A stretch of 53,882 nucleotides of DNA from Alphaproteobacteria bacterium MarineAlpha9_Bin1 (GTDB lineage: Bacteria; Pseudomonadota; Alphaproteobacteria; TMED109): the NCBI GenBank assembly GCA_002937675.1, contig PTKJ01000001.1, positions 1 through 53,882 on the forward strand, read 5' to 3'. A model generated the notes under the pieces. That model was not told where the DNA came from, made no database searches, and saw only the letters and a program-made list of their open reading frames with translations. Positions 26,266 to 36,534 of the stretch are shown here, piece by piece (position 1 is the first letter of the stretch; each line of letters opens with the position of its first letter). Both the position numbers and the translations under genes were made by a program.

Positions 26266-26778
26266 CTATTTGCAAATCTTACTTATTGCTTTATAGGACG
26301 CAGTAAAACCTCTTAACGAATAGGTATCTGTTGTATTTGTTCCTCTTGATGATATCCCCTTCACAATCATTGTCGTTCCACGCTTCATACCCTTGATTAA
26401 TAAATCATCAATCTCTTCATCTTCCGCCCAAGCCATTTGGTCTTTTAATATATTGAACTCTGCAATAGGCTTGCCATCAATTATAATATCTAACTTAGAG
26501 CCCTTCTTTATAGGATAACCAGCTTGAAAATTTACTACGCCAGAGCTTTGCTTTGACACTTTCATTGTAACTTGAGAAACGACTTTTCCTCTTCGCGTGT
26601 ATTTTCCTTCTTCTTTTTTAGGATAAGTAAAAATACCGCAGACTTTACCTTCTTCCATATTCCAGTAAAAAGCCGCCCAATCTCCATACGTACCTATATT
26701 CTTTGCAACAGGACTGTCGGCTGAATACGCACATAAACAAAAAAATAAATATACAATTAAGACGATATGCTTAAACAT
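26266..26778 (-). CDS. Secreted protein of unknown function (possibly IalB-like)
   Basis: Sec signal MFKHIVLIVYLFFCLCAYSA/DS. About 150-aa mature domain with GDWAAFYW and a C-terminal Cys. Confidence 0.45.
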   Translation of the reverse strand: MFKHIVLIVYLFFCLCAYSADSPVAKNIGTYGDWAAFYWNMEEGKVCGIFTYPKKEEGKYTRRGKVVSQVTMKVSKQSSGVVNFQAGYPIKKGSKLDIIIDGKPIAEFNILKDQMAWAEDEEIDDLLIKGMKRGTTMIVKGISSRGTNTTDTYSLRGFTASYKAISKICK

Positions 26779-26887
26779 GTTTTCAGTTTACCTAATTACC
26801 TAAATATTTATATATTACATTATCAAAGCAATGTATAATTAGAATATAAAAAACTCTAATTTTCTATAAATATTCTGGAAAATAAAT

Positions 26888-27862
26888 ATGAAGCGATTAG
26901 TCGTAAACAAATATGGCGGACCAGAAGTGCTTCAATTAGAAAATTTTGATAAATTAAAAATCGAAGAATCTAAATTAAGAATTAAAGTTAAAAATATTGG
27001 AGTAAATTTTGCTGATAGCCTAATTATAAAAGGTCGTTACCAGGAGCGTCCCCGCCCCCCATTCTCTCCAGGATTAGAACTCTCAGGAGAAATAATTGAA
27101 ATAGGAAAAAAAATCTCTAATTTTCAAATAGGAGAGAGAGTGATAGGTATAGCAAAATATGGAACATATACCGAAGAAATCATAATGCCTGCCGAAAATG
27201 TTTATAAAATACCAGACGAAATGGACTATGTAACAGCCGCCTCTTTTCCTGTCGCTTATGGAACTGCTCATGGAGCTATTTCATGGAAGGGTAAACTGAA
27301 AAAAAAACAAACTTGTTTGATTCTTGGAGCAGCAGGCGGAGTAGGATTAGCAGCAGTTGAAGTTGCCAATGCTTTTGGTGCTAAAGTTATTGCAGCGGCA
27401 GGAAGTGATAACAAGTGTGAAATCTGTATAGAGCATGGAGCAGCATATTCTATAAATTATAACACTAGTAAAATTCGTCACCAAATAAAAGAAATTGCTC
27501 CAAACGGAGTGGATCTAGTACTAGATATGGTAGGCGGAGAACCAGCTGAAGACGCTTTAAAAAACCTAGCATGGGAGGGAAAATATATTTCAGTAGGCTT
27601 TGCAAGTGGAATTATACCTAAAATTTCAGCCAACAGACTTTTACTAAAGAGTTCATACGCAATTGGTCTATATTGGGGCCAATATGCATTTATAAACCCT
27701 ACATTGATAGGACAATCCTTTGACGATCTTATACAATTATATCTTCAAAAAAAACTAAAGCCATTAGTAGGAAAAGTTTTTAAATTAGAAGAAGCTGCAT
27801 TTGCACTTGATTATCTTTTGAGTAGAAAAAATACTGGAAAAATCATTCTCAATTGTAATTAA
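26888..27862 (+). CDS. NADPH:quinone oxidoreductase / zinc-type alcohol dehydrogenase superfamily (MDR)
   Basis: GVNFADSLIIKGRYQ and the GAAGGVGLAAVEVA Rossmann motif. 324 aa. Confidence 0.85.
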   Translation: MKRLVVNKYGGPEVLQLENFDKLKIEESKLRIKVKNIGVNFADSLIIKGRYQERPRPPFSPGLELSGEIIEIGKKISNFQIGERVIGIAKYGTYTEEIIMPAENVYKIPDEMDYVTAASFPVAYGTAHGAISWKGKLKKKQTCLILGAAGGVGLAAVEVANAFGAKVIAAAGSDNKCEICIEHGAAYSINYNTSKIRHQIKEIAPNGVDLVLDMVGGEPAEDALKNLAWEGKYISVGFASGIIPKISANRLLLKSSYAIGLYWGQYAFINPTLIGQSFDDLIQLYLQKKLKPLVGKVFKLEEAAFALDYLLSRKNTGKIILNCN

Positions 27863-27863
27863 T

Positions 27864-28493
27864 TTAAGAAAGTATTTCAGCCTGAGATTTATCTCTTACT
27901 TCTTCAATGGAGATTTCTGGTGCAAGCTCTGAAACTTTTACACACTCATCGACTATCTCAAATACACCATATTCAGAAATCACCATATCTACAACTTTTG
28001 CTCCTGTTAAAGGAAGAGTACAGTTAGAAACAAGTTTAGCAGATCCGTCCTTAGCCACATGTTCCATTAAGATTACTACCTTTTTTACTCCTGCCACCAA
28101 ATCCATTGCTCCTCCCATACCTTTTATCATTTTTCCTGGTATCATCCAATTAGCTAAGTCCCCGTTTTGTGCTACTTGCATAGCTCCTAAGATTGATAAA
28201 TCTATATGTCCTCCTCTTATCATCCCAAAAGAGTCGGCGCTAGAAAAATAACTTGTCATAGGTAGTGCTGTTATAGTCTGTTTACCGGCATTTATTAAAT
28301 CAGGATCTTCCTCACCTTCTATAGGAAATGGACCCATACCTAACATGCCATTTTCTGACTGCAAAATTACATTCGCATCTTTTGGGATGTGATTCGCAAC
28401 TAAAGTTGGCATACCTATTCCTAAATTAACATAATATCCGTCCTTAAGTTCTTTAGCTGCCCTAGCACACATTTCATCCCTACTCCAAACCAT
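27864..28493 (-). CDS. scoB: 3-oxoacid CoA-transferase subunit B
   Basis: [13 protein letters not shown] (catalytic Glu of the SENG motif). Pairs with the upstream A subunit. Confidence 0.9.
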   Translation of the reverse strand: MVWSRDEMCARAAKELKDGYYVNLGIGMPTLVANHIPKDANVILQSENGMLGMGPFPIEGEEDPDLINAGKQTITALPMTSYFSSADSFGMIRGGHIDLSILGAMQVAQNGDLANWMIPGKMIKGMGGAMDLVAGVKKVVILMEHVAKDGSAKLVSNCTLPLTGAKVVDMVISEYGVFEIVDECVKVSELAPEISIEEVRDKSQAEILS

Positions 28494-28510
28494 TTAATTT
28501 CTCCATATGA

Positions 28511-29215
28511 TTAGTCATTTGCTTTTCTTGTAGTTAGATTTTCTATTCTTTTGTTATAATGGCTACCCTTAATTATTCTTTGAACAAAAATTCCTGATGT
28601 ATGAATCTGATCCGCATCTAGTTTCCCGGGTTCAACCAAATGTTCAACTTCAGCTATAGTAATTTTTCCAGCAGTTGCCATTAAGGGATTAAAATTTCTT
28701 GCTGTTTTTTTATAAATTAAGTTTCCTTCTGAATCTCCTTTCCAGGCTTTAATCAAAGAAAGATCAGCTCTAAGACTTTTTTCCATAATATACTCTCTTC
28801 CTTCAAATTGCCGTGCTTCTTTCCCTTCTGCTATTTTTGTTCCTGCACCAGTAGGAGTATAAAATGCAGGAATACCTGCTCCTCCGGCTCTTATTCTTTC
28901 TGCCAGAGTACCTTGAGGGTTAAATTCTAATTCAATTTCTCCGTTTAAATACTGCTCAGCAAAAATTTTATTTTCACCTACATAGGAAGAAATCATTTTA
29001 GAAATTTGTTTTGTTTCTAATAACAAACCAAGACCTTCTCCATCAATACCTGCGTTATTACTTATGGCTGTTATATTTTTTATTTTACTTTCCTTCAGGG
29101 CATCTATCATCCTCTCTGGAATACCACATAATCCAAACCCTCCACACATTAGAACCATTCCATCAAATGCAACACCTTCTAAAGCTTCTTTGCTATTTGA
29201 ATATATTTTATTCAA
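28511..29215 (-). CDS. scoA: 3-oxoacid CoA-transferase subunit A
   Basis: MCGGFGLCGIPE and ELEFNPQGTLAERIRAGGAGIPAFYTPTG. Confidence 0.9.
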   Translation of the reverse strand: MNKIYSNSKEALEGVAFDGMVLMCGGFGLCGIPERMIDALKESKIKNITAISNNAGIDGEGLGLLLETKQISKMISSYVGENKIFAEQYLNGEIELEFNPQGTLAERIRAGGAGIPAFYTPTGAGTKIAEGKEARQFEGREYIMEKSLRADLSLIKAWKGDSEGNLIYKKTARNFNPLMATAGKITIAEVEHLVEPGKLDADQIHTSGIFVQRIIKGSHYNKRIENLTTRKAND

Positions 29216-29337
29216 TATTCCCCACCCTAATTAAGTATAAAACATAAATTGTTTTGTTTAATAAATAAACCTCAATATTATTAAAAAAAAATGAACTGAC
29301 TATTAACAAAATTCAAAAAACTCTGTTAAGGAGAATA

Positions 29338-30228
29338 ATGTTAAAAAATATATTATCTCTATGGACTAATTTACCGAACAATATTCAAGGATTTATTTTT
29401 ATTTTAGGTGCCTCAGCAAGTTTTCCTGTAATGGGAACGATAGTGAAACACTTAACAGAAGAGCTTCACCCTTTTCAAATAGCTTTTTTTAGGTGTTTCT
29501 TTGGATTGTTAATTATAATGCCCCTATTTTTAAATAAGCCTATAAAAATTTTTCAAACTAAAAAATTTAAGATGCACTTTTATAGAGGATTACTAGGCAT
29601 AGGGGCTATTACCGCAGGATTCTCAGCCTTAGCGATGATGCCACTAGCAAGCGCAGTTACGTTAGGCTTCACTAGAATATTATTTTTAGTACCCCTTGCC
29701 ATGATAGTCCTTGGTGAAAGACCTGGGTTCATAAGAATTATTTTAACCTTTTTGGGTTTTTTAGGAGTAGCTATAATGGTTGATCCTTCAAGTGAGAATG
29801 GTGTATCTATCTCATCTGCATGTGTAGCTCTAATTGGTGCTTTTTTTGTCAGTGCCGTAAAACTTTCTGTAAAATCACTTTCCTCAACTGAGCCAACACT
29901 TACGATACAATTTTATTATGGTATCATTTCTAGTTTAGGATTAATAATTCCTGCCTATATATTTTGGTTACCAATGCGTTTAGAACATTTAATATTAATT
30001 TTATTGGGAGCTTTATTTGGAACCTTGGGGCAAATGTTTACAATATGGGGATTAAGAATTGGTAACATTACTGTTGTCATGCCTGCAGATTACACAAGGC
30101 TTATTTTCGCTGGTATATATGGGTATTTTTTATTTGCAGAGATACCAAATATAAATGAATTTTTGGGAGCCATAATTATTATATCTAGTACTTTAATAAT
30201 TTTATTTAGATCTAATTTCAAAAATTAA
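29338..30228 (+). CDS. DMT superfamily (EamA-like) transporter
   Basis: 296 aa with about 10 TM segments in two EamA-like halves. AAGGAG Shine-Dalgarno. Confidence 0.8.
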   Translation: MLKNILSLWTNLPNNIQGFIFILGASASFPVMGTIVKHLTEELHPFQIAFFRCFFGLLIIMPLFLNKPIKIFQTKKFKMHFYRGLLGIGAITAGFSALAMMPLASAVTLGFTRILFLVPLAMIVLGERPGFIRIILTFLGFLGVAIMVDPSSENGVSISSACVALIGAFFVSAVKLSVKSLSSTEPTLTIQFYYGIISSLGLIIPAYIFWLPMRLEHLILILLGALFGTLGQMFTIWGLRIGNITVVMPADYTRLIFAGIYGYFLFAEIPNINEFLGAIIIISSTLIILFRSNFKN

Positions 30229-30242
30229 ATTAAATTTTAAAA

Positions 30243-30701
30243 CTACACATACTGGTTATTTATAGCTATGGCCACAAATCCCAGACATATAAATACTACT
30301 ATTGTAAAAAGCTTTCTAAGCCTAAGGTACCAAGCCGGAAAAATAGATTTTCTTGTAGATAATAAATCAACATAATATGTAACGGCAAAACATAAAATTA
30401 AAAACAAAATTATTATAATATAGTTGGTAGTAAAACCCATTAAAATAAACCAACTTGCTAAAGCAGGAATTACTGACCAAACATAGACTTTAGAATTTTT
30501 ATTTTTACCATATATAGCAACTCCCCAATGCACTGCTCCTAAAAATGATAAAACAATAACAGAATAATTTAGAAGATTATAAAGAGCTATTAGCTTCCAT
30601 TCATATGGAAAAACATAAACACCAATAGATAAAAATACAAATGGAATGGTTCCTCCTAATCCACAAACTAAAGCAGGAAAAGGTGTTTCGGATAATCTCA
30701 A
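30243..30701 (-). CDS. DUF3429-like membrane protein
   Basis: 152 aa with 4-5 TM segments and a FLGAVHWG block. Confidence 0.5.
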   Translation of the reverse strand: MRLSETPFPALVCGLGGTIPFVFLSIGVYVFPYEWKLIALYNLLNYSVIVLSFLGAVHWGVAIYGKNKNSKVYVWSVIPALASWFILMGFTTNYIIIILFLILCFAVTYYVDLLSTRKSIFPAWYLRLRKLFTIVVFICLGFVAIAINNQYV

Positions 30702-30732
30702 GAGGTTTAAAACGTTTTTAATAACAATATTC

Positions 30733-31038
30733 CTATTTCTCGAATTCTTTATCCATTAATTTAGCAAGCAAAAAATCTTTTTTAGTCAGACCTAGTACAT
30801 CGTGCGTTGAAAGCAGCACATCTACTTTGTTATAAACATTTTTCCATTCCGGGTGATGATTCATTTCCTCTGCTATTGAAGATATTGAGATCATCCAGGA
30901 AAAAGCTTCCTCAAAATCCTTAAAAACAAAGCTTTTTATAATAGCTTTATACTCTTGATCAAGAGTCCAACCGTTCAAGTGACTAACCAATTTTTTAATC
31001 TCAATATTTTTTAATTTTACAGAATTATTATTCGTCAT
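30733..31038 (-). CDS. phhB: Pterin-4a-carbinolamine dehydratase
   Basis: EEMNHHPEWKNVYNKVDVLLSTHDVLGLTKKD signature. 101 aa. Confidence 0.85.
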   Translation of the reverse strand: MTNNNSVKLKNIEIKKLVSHLNGWTLDQEYKAIIKSFVFKDFEEAFSWMISISSIAEEMNHHPEWKNVYNKVDVLLSTHDVLGLTKKDFLLAKLMDKEFEK

Positions 31039-31187
31039 ATTGTCTCCTTAACTAAATTGTTTATAAATCTTACAATAAAAATCAAAAAAAAGTACATGTT
31101 TTACTTGATATACTAGCGATTTAAACAATATATATATATAGTAATACTTGTTTGTTTAAACCATTTAATAGTGGAGTACAGAATACA

Positions 31188-31907
31188 ATGAATATTGGAC
31201 ATTTTACTAGAAACTCAAGCACACAGGCAAGAGCAAGAGCACTTAGTCCTGATGATGTGGGTTTACGTGCTTATATGCAAAGAATTTATGCCTATATGAC
31301 TGCAGGATTGGCAATTACGGCTTCGGTAGCATGGTTGCTTCCAAATACGACGATAGGAATGGCCATAATTACTTCGCCACTTTCTTTCATCGCAATGATT
31401 GCTCCCATAGGCCTAGTATTAATTCTTGCAAGCCGAATTCACAAAATGCAGGCTAAAACAGCACAAACTATGTTTTGGATCTTAGCTGCATGTTATGGAA
31501 TATTTTTTGCAAATATTTTCGTACAGTACACTGGAGAGTCAATATTTAGAGTTTTCTTTATCTCTTCCTCTACATTTTTAGGAGCAAGTCTGTATGGATA
31601 TGTAACAAAAAGATCGCTTGCTAGACTAGGATCATTCCTTTTTATGGGTTTAATTGGAATTATAATGGCCAGTGTCGTAAATATCTTTTTGGGCTCTTCA
31701 CCAATGCAATTCATTATATGCATTATTGGTGTATTAATTTTTACAGGTTTAACTGCCTATGATACTCAAACACTTAAAGAAATGTACGTGGCAGGAGAAA
31801 GCGGAGAAACGCAGGTTAAAAAAGGAGTAATGGGAGCTCTCAAATTATATCTAGATTTTATCAATCTATTTATTTTGCTTCTTATGCTATTAGGAGGTAG
31901 GCGATAA
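31188..31907 (+). CDS. Bax inhibitor-1 / YccA family membrane protein
   Basis: LRAYMQRIYAYMTAGLAIT and a C-terminal lysine/arginine tail, with 7 TM segments. ATG at 31188 follows GGAG; the TTG at 31152 is unlikely. Confidence 0.85.
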   Translation: MNIGHFTRNSSTQARARALSPDDVGLRAYMQRIYAYMTAGLAITASVAWLLPNTTIGMAIITSPLSFIAMIAPIGLVLILASRIHKMQAKTAQTMFWILAACYGIFFANIFVQYTGESIFRVFFISSSTFLGASLYGYVTKRSLARLGSFLFMGLIGIIMASVVNIFLGSSPMQFIICIIGVLIFTGLTAYDTQTLKEMYVAGESGETQVKKGVMGALKLYLDFINLFILLLMLLGGRR

Positions 31908-31930
31908 AACAAATTTCATAAATTTAATGG

Positions 31931-31967
31931 AAGACGCTAATCTTTATGATTAGCGTCTTTTTTTTTT
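31931..31967 (+). terminator. Rho-independent terminator downstream of the BI-1 gene
   Basis: Perfect 11-bp stem AAGACGCTAAT / ATTAGCGTCTT with a 7-nt loop, followed by a T8 run. Confidence 0.85.
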
Positions 31968-32010
31968 ATATACTATATTACAACGAATAATAGGCCCAAA
32001 GGAATGAAAT

Positions 32011-33888
32011 ATGTCTTACGAGGAAGAGTATGATTTATGGCAAGACAACCCGGAACAATATTGGGAAAAAAAGGCACAAAATATAACATGGTACAAGAAA
32101 TGGACAAATGTGATTGATGAGTCTAAAAAACCATTATGGAGTTGGTTTCCAAATGCAGAATTAAATACATGTTATAACTGCCTTGATTTTCATATAAACA
32201 ATGGAAAGGGGAATAAGGCAGCGCTCATTTATGACAGCCCTGTCACAGAACAAAAAAAAATTTATACCTATAGTGACCTTCTTAATAAAACAGCGAGAAT
32301 AGCAGGAGCATTAAAATCCTTTAACGTTGGAAAAGGAGATAGAGTTCTAATCTACATGCCCATGATTCCTGAAGCAGTTACATCCATGCTTGCATGTGCC
32401 AGGATTGGCGCAATACACGTTGTCGTATTTGGAGGGTTTGCTCCTAATGAATTAGCAACTAGAATAAATGATTCTAAACCTAAATTAATTATTGCTGGAT
32501 CATGCGGTATAGAACCTGGAAAAATTATAAGCTATAAGCCTATGCTAGACAAAGCAATAGAATTATCTGATTACAAAGTTAATACCTGTTTTATATATCA
32601 AAGAGAAATTTTGAAAGCTGACCTCCAAAAAGGTCGTGATTACGATTTAGAATCCGTCATAGAACAATCAGATCCTGCTCCTCCAGTTCCTGTAAAGGCT
32701 ACCGATCCACTATATATTTTATATACTTCTGGAACCACTGGAGATCCTAAGGGAATGGTAAGAGATAATGGAGGGCACGCAGTCGCTTTAAAAACAAGTA
32801 TGGAAATGGTTTATGGAATAAATTCGCAAGACGTGTTTTGGGCTGCTTCAGATATTGGTTGGGTTGTAGGTCATTCATACATAGTTTACGGTCCGCTTCT
32901 AAAAGGATGTACTACTGTATTATTCGAGGGAAAACCTGTTGGAACCCCTGATGCAGGTGTTTTTTGGAGAGTAATAAGTGAATATAATGTCTCTGTAATG
33001 TTTACTGCACCGACTGCTCTTAGAGCAATTAAACGTGAAGACCCTGAAGGCAAAGAAATACAAAAATATAACTTAGATAATTTTAAAATGCTGTTCCTTG
33101 CCGGTGAACGTGCAGACCCACCAACTATTCAATGGGCAGAAAAAAATCTTAATGTTCCAGTAATTGACCACTGGTGGCAAACAGAAACGGGATGGACGAT
33201 AGCAGGTAATTTTTCAGGATTAGGACTTTTTAATGTAAAACATGGATCTACTGGTAAACCTTCTCCAGGATTTGACGTTCAATGCCTTGACGACAATGGA
33301 AATCCTAAAGCCAGCGGAGAAATAGGATCTTTAGCAATTAAACTGCCCTTGCCTCCAAGTTGCAGCACTACATTATGGAATAATGAAGAAAGATATAAAA
33401 GTACTTATTTAGAACAATTTAAAGGCTGGTACACTTCTGCGGATGCGGGATATATTGATAATGATGGATATATTTGGGTTATGTCTAGAACTGACGACAT
33501 TATAAATTGTGCTGGACATAGACTATCCACTGGAGCCATGGAAGAAGTACTAGCGAAACACCCCGATGTGGCGGAATGTGCAGTTTTAGGCATCAAAGAT
33601 GAACTTAAAGGACAAGTTCCAATGGGATTTATTGTGTTAAACTCTGGCACTACTAATAGTGCTGATAATATTGTCAATGATGCCATAAAAATGGTTAGGG
33701 AAGAGATAGGACCAGTAGCGTCTTTTCGCAAAGTAAAAGTTGTTAAAAGATTACCCAAAACTAGATCTGGAAAAATTCTAAGGAGTACAATGGCAGCTAT
33801 AGCAGATGGTAGTCATTACAGGATTCCAGCAACAATAGATGATCCAGATATACTAGAAGAAATAAAACTAGCTCTAAAACAAAGATGA
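32011..33888 (+). CDS. prpE: Propionate-CoA ligase (acetyl/propionyl-CoA synthetase family)
   Basis: 625 aa. YTSGTTGDPKGMV, WWQTETG, and C-terminal RSGKILR. Length and N-terminus are typical of PrpE. Confidence 0.75.
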   Translation: MSYEEEYDLWQDNPEQYWEKKAQNITWYKKWTNVIDESKKPLWSWFPNAELNTCYNCLDFHINNGKGNKAALIYDSPVTEQKKIYTYSDLLNKTARIAGALKSFNVGKGDRVLIYMPMIPEAVTSMLACARIGAIHVVVFGGFAPNELATRINDSKPKLIIAGSCGIEPGKIISYKPMLDKAIELSDYKVNTCFIYQREILKADLQKGRDYDLESVIEQSDPAPPVPVKATDPLYILYTSGTTGDPKGMVRDNGGHAVALKTSMEMVYGINSQDVFWAASDIGWVVGHSYIVYGPLLKGCTTVLFEGKPVGTPDAGVFWRVISEYNVSVMFTAPTALRAIKREDPEGKEIQKYNLDNFKMLFLAGERADPPTIQWAEKNLNVPVIDHWWQTETGWTIAGNFSGLGLFNVKHGSTGKPSPGFDVQCLDDNGNPKASGEIGSLAIKLPLPPSCSTTLWNNEERYKSTYLEQFKGWYTSADAGYIDNDGYIWVMSRTDDIINCAGHRLSTGAMEEVLAKHPDVAECAVLGIKDELKGQVPMGFIVLNSGTTNSADNIVNDAIKMVREEIGPVASFRKVKVVKRLPKTRSGKILRSTMAAIADGSHYRIPATIDDPDILEEIKLALKQR

Positions 33889-34292
33889 AAAATATAAACG
33901 TAAGAGCCTATGGACTAATAATTTATAAAGGCAAAATACTTGTTTGTAATGAAATAATAAATAATTACCATGCTACTAAATTTCCTGGAGGCGGACTAAA
34001 AAAAGGAGAAAACCCTGAACAGGCTCTTAAAAGAGAAATATTTGAAGAAATAAGATTGACAACTAATAAAATGATTCTTCTTCATGCTCCTGGAACCCTA
34101 TTATCTCCATGGAATAAAAAATTATACACTCCTTTTTATTTTTATGTAAAAACTTTCGGCTCTCCAACAGTACCGCCTTCTGAAAACTTAGCTATAGAGT
34201 ATTTGACCCCAAAAGAAATAATTGAAAAGAAAAACATAGCGATGCCAGAAAAAAAAGCTACATTAGAGCTAAAAAAATTAGAAGTTATTTAA
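33885..34292 (+). CDS. NUDIX hydrolase
   Basis: Nudix box GGGLKKGENPEQALKREIFEEIRL. ATGA overlap with prpE. Confidence 0.75.
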   Translation: MKNINVRAYGLIIYKGKILVCNEIINNYHATKFPGGGLKKGENPEQALKREIFEEIRLTTNKMILLHAPGTLLSPWNKKLYTPFYFYVKTFGSPTVPPSENLAIEYLTPKEIIEKKNIAMPEKKATLELKKLEVI

Positions 34293-34305
34293 GCCCATAA
34301 AAAAA

Positions 34306-35457
34306 CTAATTTGACTTAAAAATATATTTTCTAAAAATAACAAGTACTAACAATAAAAATATGCCCCCTATAAGATATGGACTGTTTTTATCTATAAATT
34401 CAAAAAATCCACCCGCTAATGCAGGACCAATTATTCTCGCCAATGCTGATGATGATTGTGTTATACCTAAAACCCAACCTTTTCTGTCCTCTGAGACTAT
34501 ATTTACTATCAACGCCATAACTGTGGGCAGGAACAATCCCAAACCTACTGCGATAAGCATCATTGATAACACTGCATGGATAATTTCTGCTGATAACCAT
34601 ATGCCCAACATTCCAAAACTTAATACTAAACACCCTAAAAAGCATAATAATGATTCTCCAAAACGTTTCACTAAGGGACCTATCAAAACGCCTTGGACTA
34701 GTGCTCCACAAATTCCTGCAAATGCAAACAAATACCCATTTTGTTGTGCGCCCCAAAAAAATGTTCTCTCCGACCATAGGGAAAAAGTGGATTCCATAAA
34801 TGCAAACACTATTGTAACAAAGAAAAATAATAATATTAAATATCTTAAATTTGGTGCTGATAATGCTTGAATTAAATTCTGTAGTCTTTTTTTCCTGAAA
34901 TCATTTATTAATATTTTTGTTTCTTTTAGTGACATTAAAGCTATTATCAATGCTATAAAAGATAAAATTGCTGCAGCAATAGGAGGTAAAAATACGCTCG
35001 GATTATTAGGGTCGGTACCAGTTAATATTCCCCCTACCGCAGGTCCTATTATAAACCCTAAACCAAAAGCAGCACCAAAATAACCCATAGCTTTAGCTCT
35101 ATCCCCTTTTTCAGTTATATCCATTATGTAGGCCTGCGCTACAACAATATTACCAGCCATCAGGCCCGCAAACGATCTTGCTATAAATAAAGCGGATAAA
35201 CTTTCAGCAAAGGCAAGTAAGACATACGCTACTACTGTTCCAAACAATGTGCACCATATAATAATTCTTCTGCCATATTTATCGCTCAAGCCACCCCAAA
35301 TCGGCGCTGAAATAAATTGTGATAAAGAGTAAACTGCCATAAGCATTGTTACTTTTTGAGGAGATGCATTAAAAGTTTCTGCATAAAATGGAAGAAGTGG
35401 AATAATTATTCCAAAACCCACCAAATCTATAAAAACTACTAATAGGAGGACAAACAA
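34306..35457 (-). CDS. MFS transporter (TetA/drug-H+ antiporter-like)
   Basis: 12 TM segments and motif A GGLSDKYGRR. Confidence 0.85.
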   Translation of the reverse strand: MFVLLLVVFIDLVGFGIIIPLLPFYAETFNASPQKVTMLMAVYSLSQFISAPIWGGLSDKYGRRIIIWCTLFGTVVAYVLLAFAESLSALFIARSFAGLMAGNIVVAQAYIMDITEKGDRAKAMGYFGAAFGLGFIIGPAVGGILTGTDPNNPSVFLPPIAAAILSFIALIIALMSLKETKILINDFRKKRLQNLIQALSAPNLRYLILLFFFVTIVFAFMESTFSLWSERTFFWGAQQNGYLFAFAGICGALVQGVLIGPLVKRFGESLLCFLGCLVLSFGMLGIWLSAEIIHAVLSMMLIAVGLGLFLPTVMALIVNIVSEDRKGWVLGITQSSSALARIIGPALAGGFFEFIDKNSPYLIGGIFLLLVLVIFRKYIFKSN

Positions 35458-35488
35458 AAAATTATCTCAAAATTCATGATTTTATATT

Positions 35489-36439
35489 TTAAATGCGACC
35501 ATATCGCAAAAATTTCTCTTGTCTTTTGAGCAAAAGATCATCAGGAGATATGTTAATTAATTCATTGAGTTCTTGTAAAATTGCATCATAAACATTTCTT
35601 ATAGTTGAATGGTGATCTCTATGTGCTCCTCCTGTTGGTTCAGCTATAATAGTATCAATTACACCTTTATTTTTTAAAAAATTTGCTGTGAGTCCAAGAG
35701 ACTCTGCTGCTTCTTCTGCCTTATCATTATCTCTCCACAAAATGGAAGCACATCCTTCAGGAGAAATTACAGAATATATAGAATTCTGTAACATTAAGAC
35801 TTTATCTGAAGTTGCTAACGCTAATGCTCCTCCTGATCCTCCCTCTCCTATTATTACACTTATAAAAGGAACTTTTACCTCAAGACTAGTTTTTATACAT
35901 TGTGCTATTGCTTCAGCCTGCCCTCTCTCTTCAGCACCAATTCCAGGATAAGCACCAGCCGTATCAACAAAAGTAATTATTGGTAACCCAAATTTGTCAG
36001 CAAGTTTCAAAAGACGTGCAATTTTACGAAATCCCTCAGGTTTAACCATTCCAAAATTGTGCTTTAATCTAGAATCAGTATCAAATCCTTTTTCCTGTCC
36101 TATAATCATAACTGACCTTGAGTGAAATGTTCCAATTCCTGCAATCACTGCTCTATCTTCCGAAAAACTTCTATCACCAGATAAAATTTGAAAATCACTC
36201 ACCAGAATATCTAAATAATCAATAAAATGTGGTCTTTCAGGATGACGGGCCACAAGTGTAATTTGCCACGGAGATAATTTTTCATATGTTTTTTTTATTA
36301 GACCTCCTATTTTTTCTTTTAATTTTGAAATTTCATTATCATTATTTTCAGATTTTTCTCCCACTAAATCAAGACCAGTAAGCTCTTTAACCTTGCCTTC
36401 CAAATCTGCAATGTGTTTTTCAAAATTTAAAAACTGCAT
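35489..36439 (-). CDS. accA: Acetyl-CoA carboxylase carboxyltransferase subunit alpha
   Basis: ARHPERPH, FVDTAGAYPGIGAEERGQAEAIA, and EGGSGGALA. Confidence 0.95.
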   Translation of the reverse strand: MQFLNFEKHIADLEGKVKELTGLDLVGEKSENNDNEISKLKEKIGGLIKKTYEKLSPWQITLVARHPERPHFIDYLDILVSDFQILSGDRSFSEDRAVIAGIGTFHSRSVMIIGQEKGFDTDSRLKHNFGMVKPEGFRKIARLLKLADKFGLPIITFVDTAGAYPGIGAEERGQAEAIAQCIKTSLEVKVPFISVIIGEGGSGGALALATSDKVLMLQNSIYSVISPEGCASILWRDNDKAEEAAESLGLTANFLKNKGVIDTIIAEPTGGAHRDHHSTIRNVYDAILQELNELINISPDDLLLKRQEKFLRYGRI

Positions 36440-36534
36440 AGTGATAGTCCCCTAAAATTATTATATTAATAACAAAATATTTATAAAACTTTATATTACC
36501 TTATAAACCCTGAATATTTTTAAACAACTATAGA

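Noticed and set aside
31128-31140. (AT)6 microsatellite in the promoter region of the BI-1 gene, as a phase-variation switch.
   Set aside because: It is short, nothing indicates length variation, and such runs are expected in this base composition.
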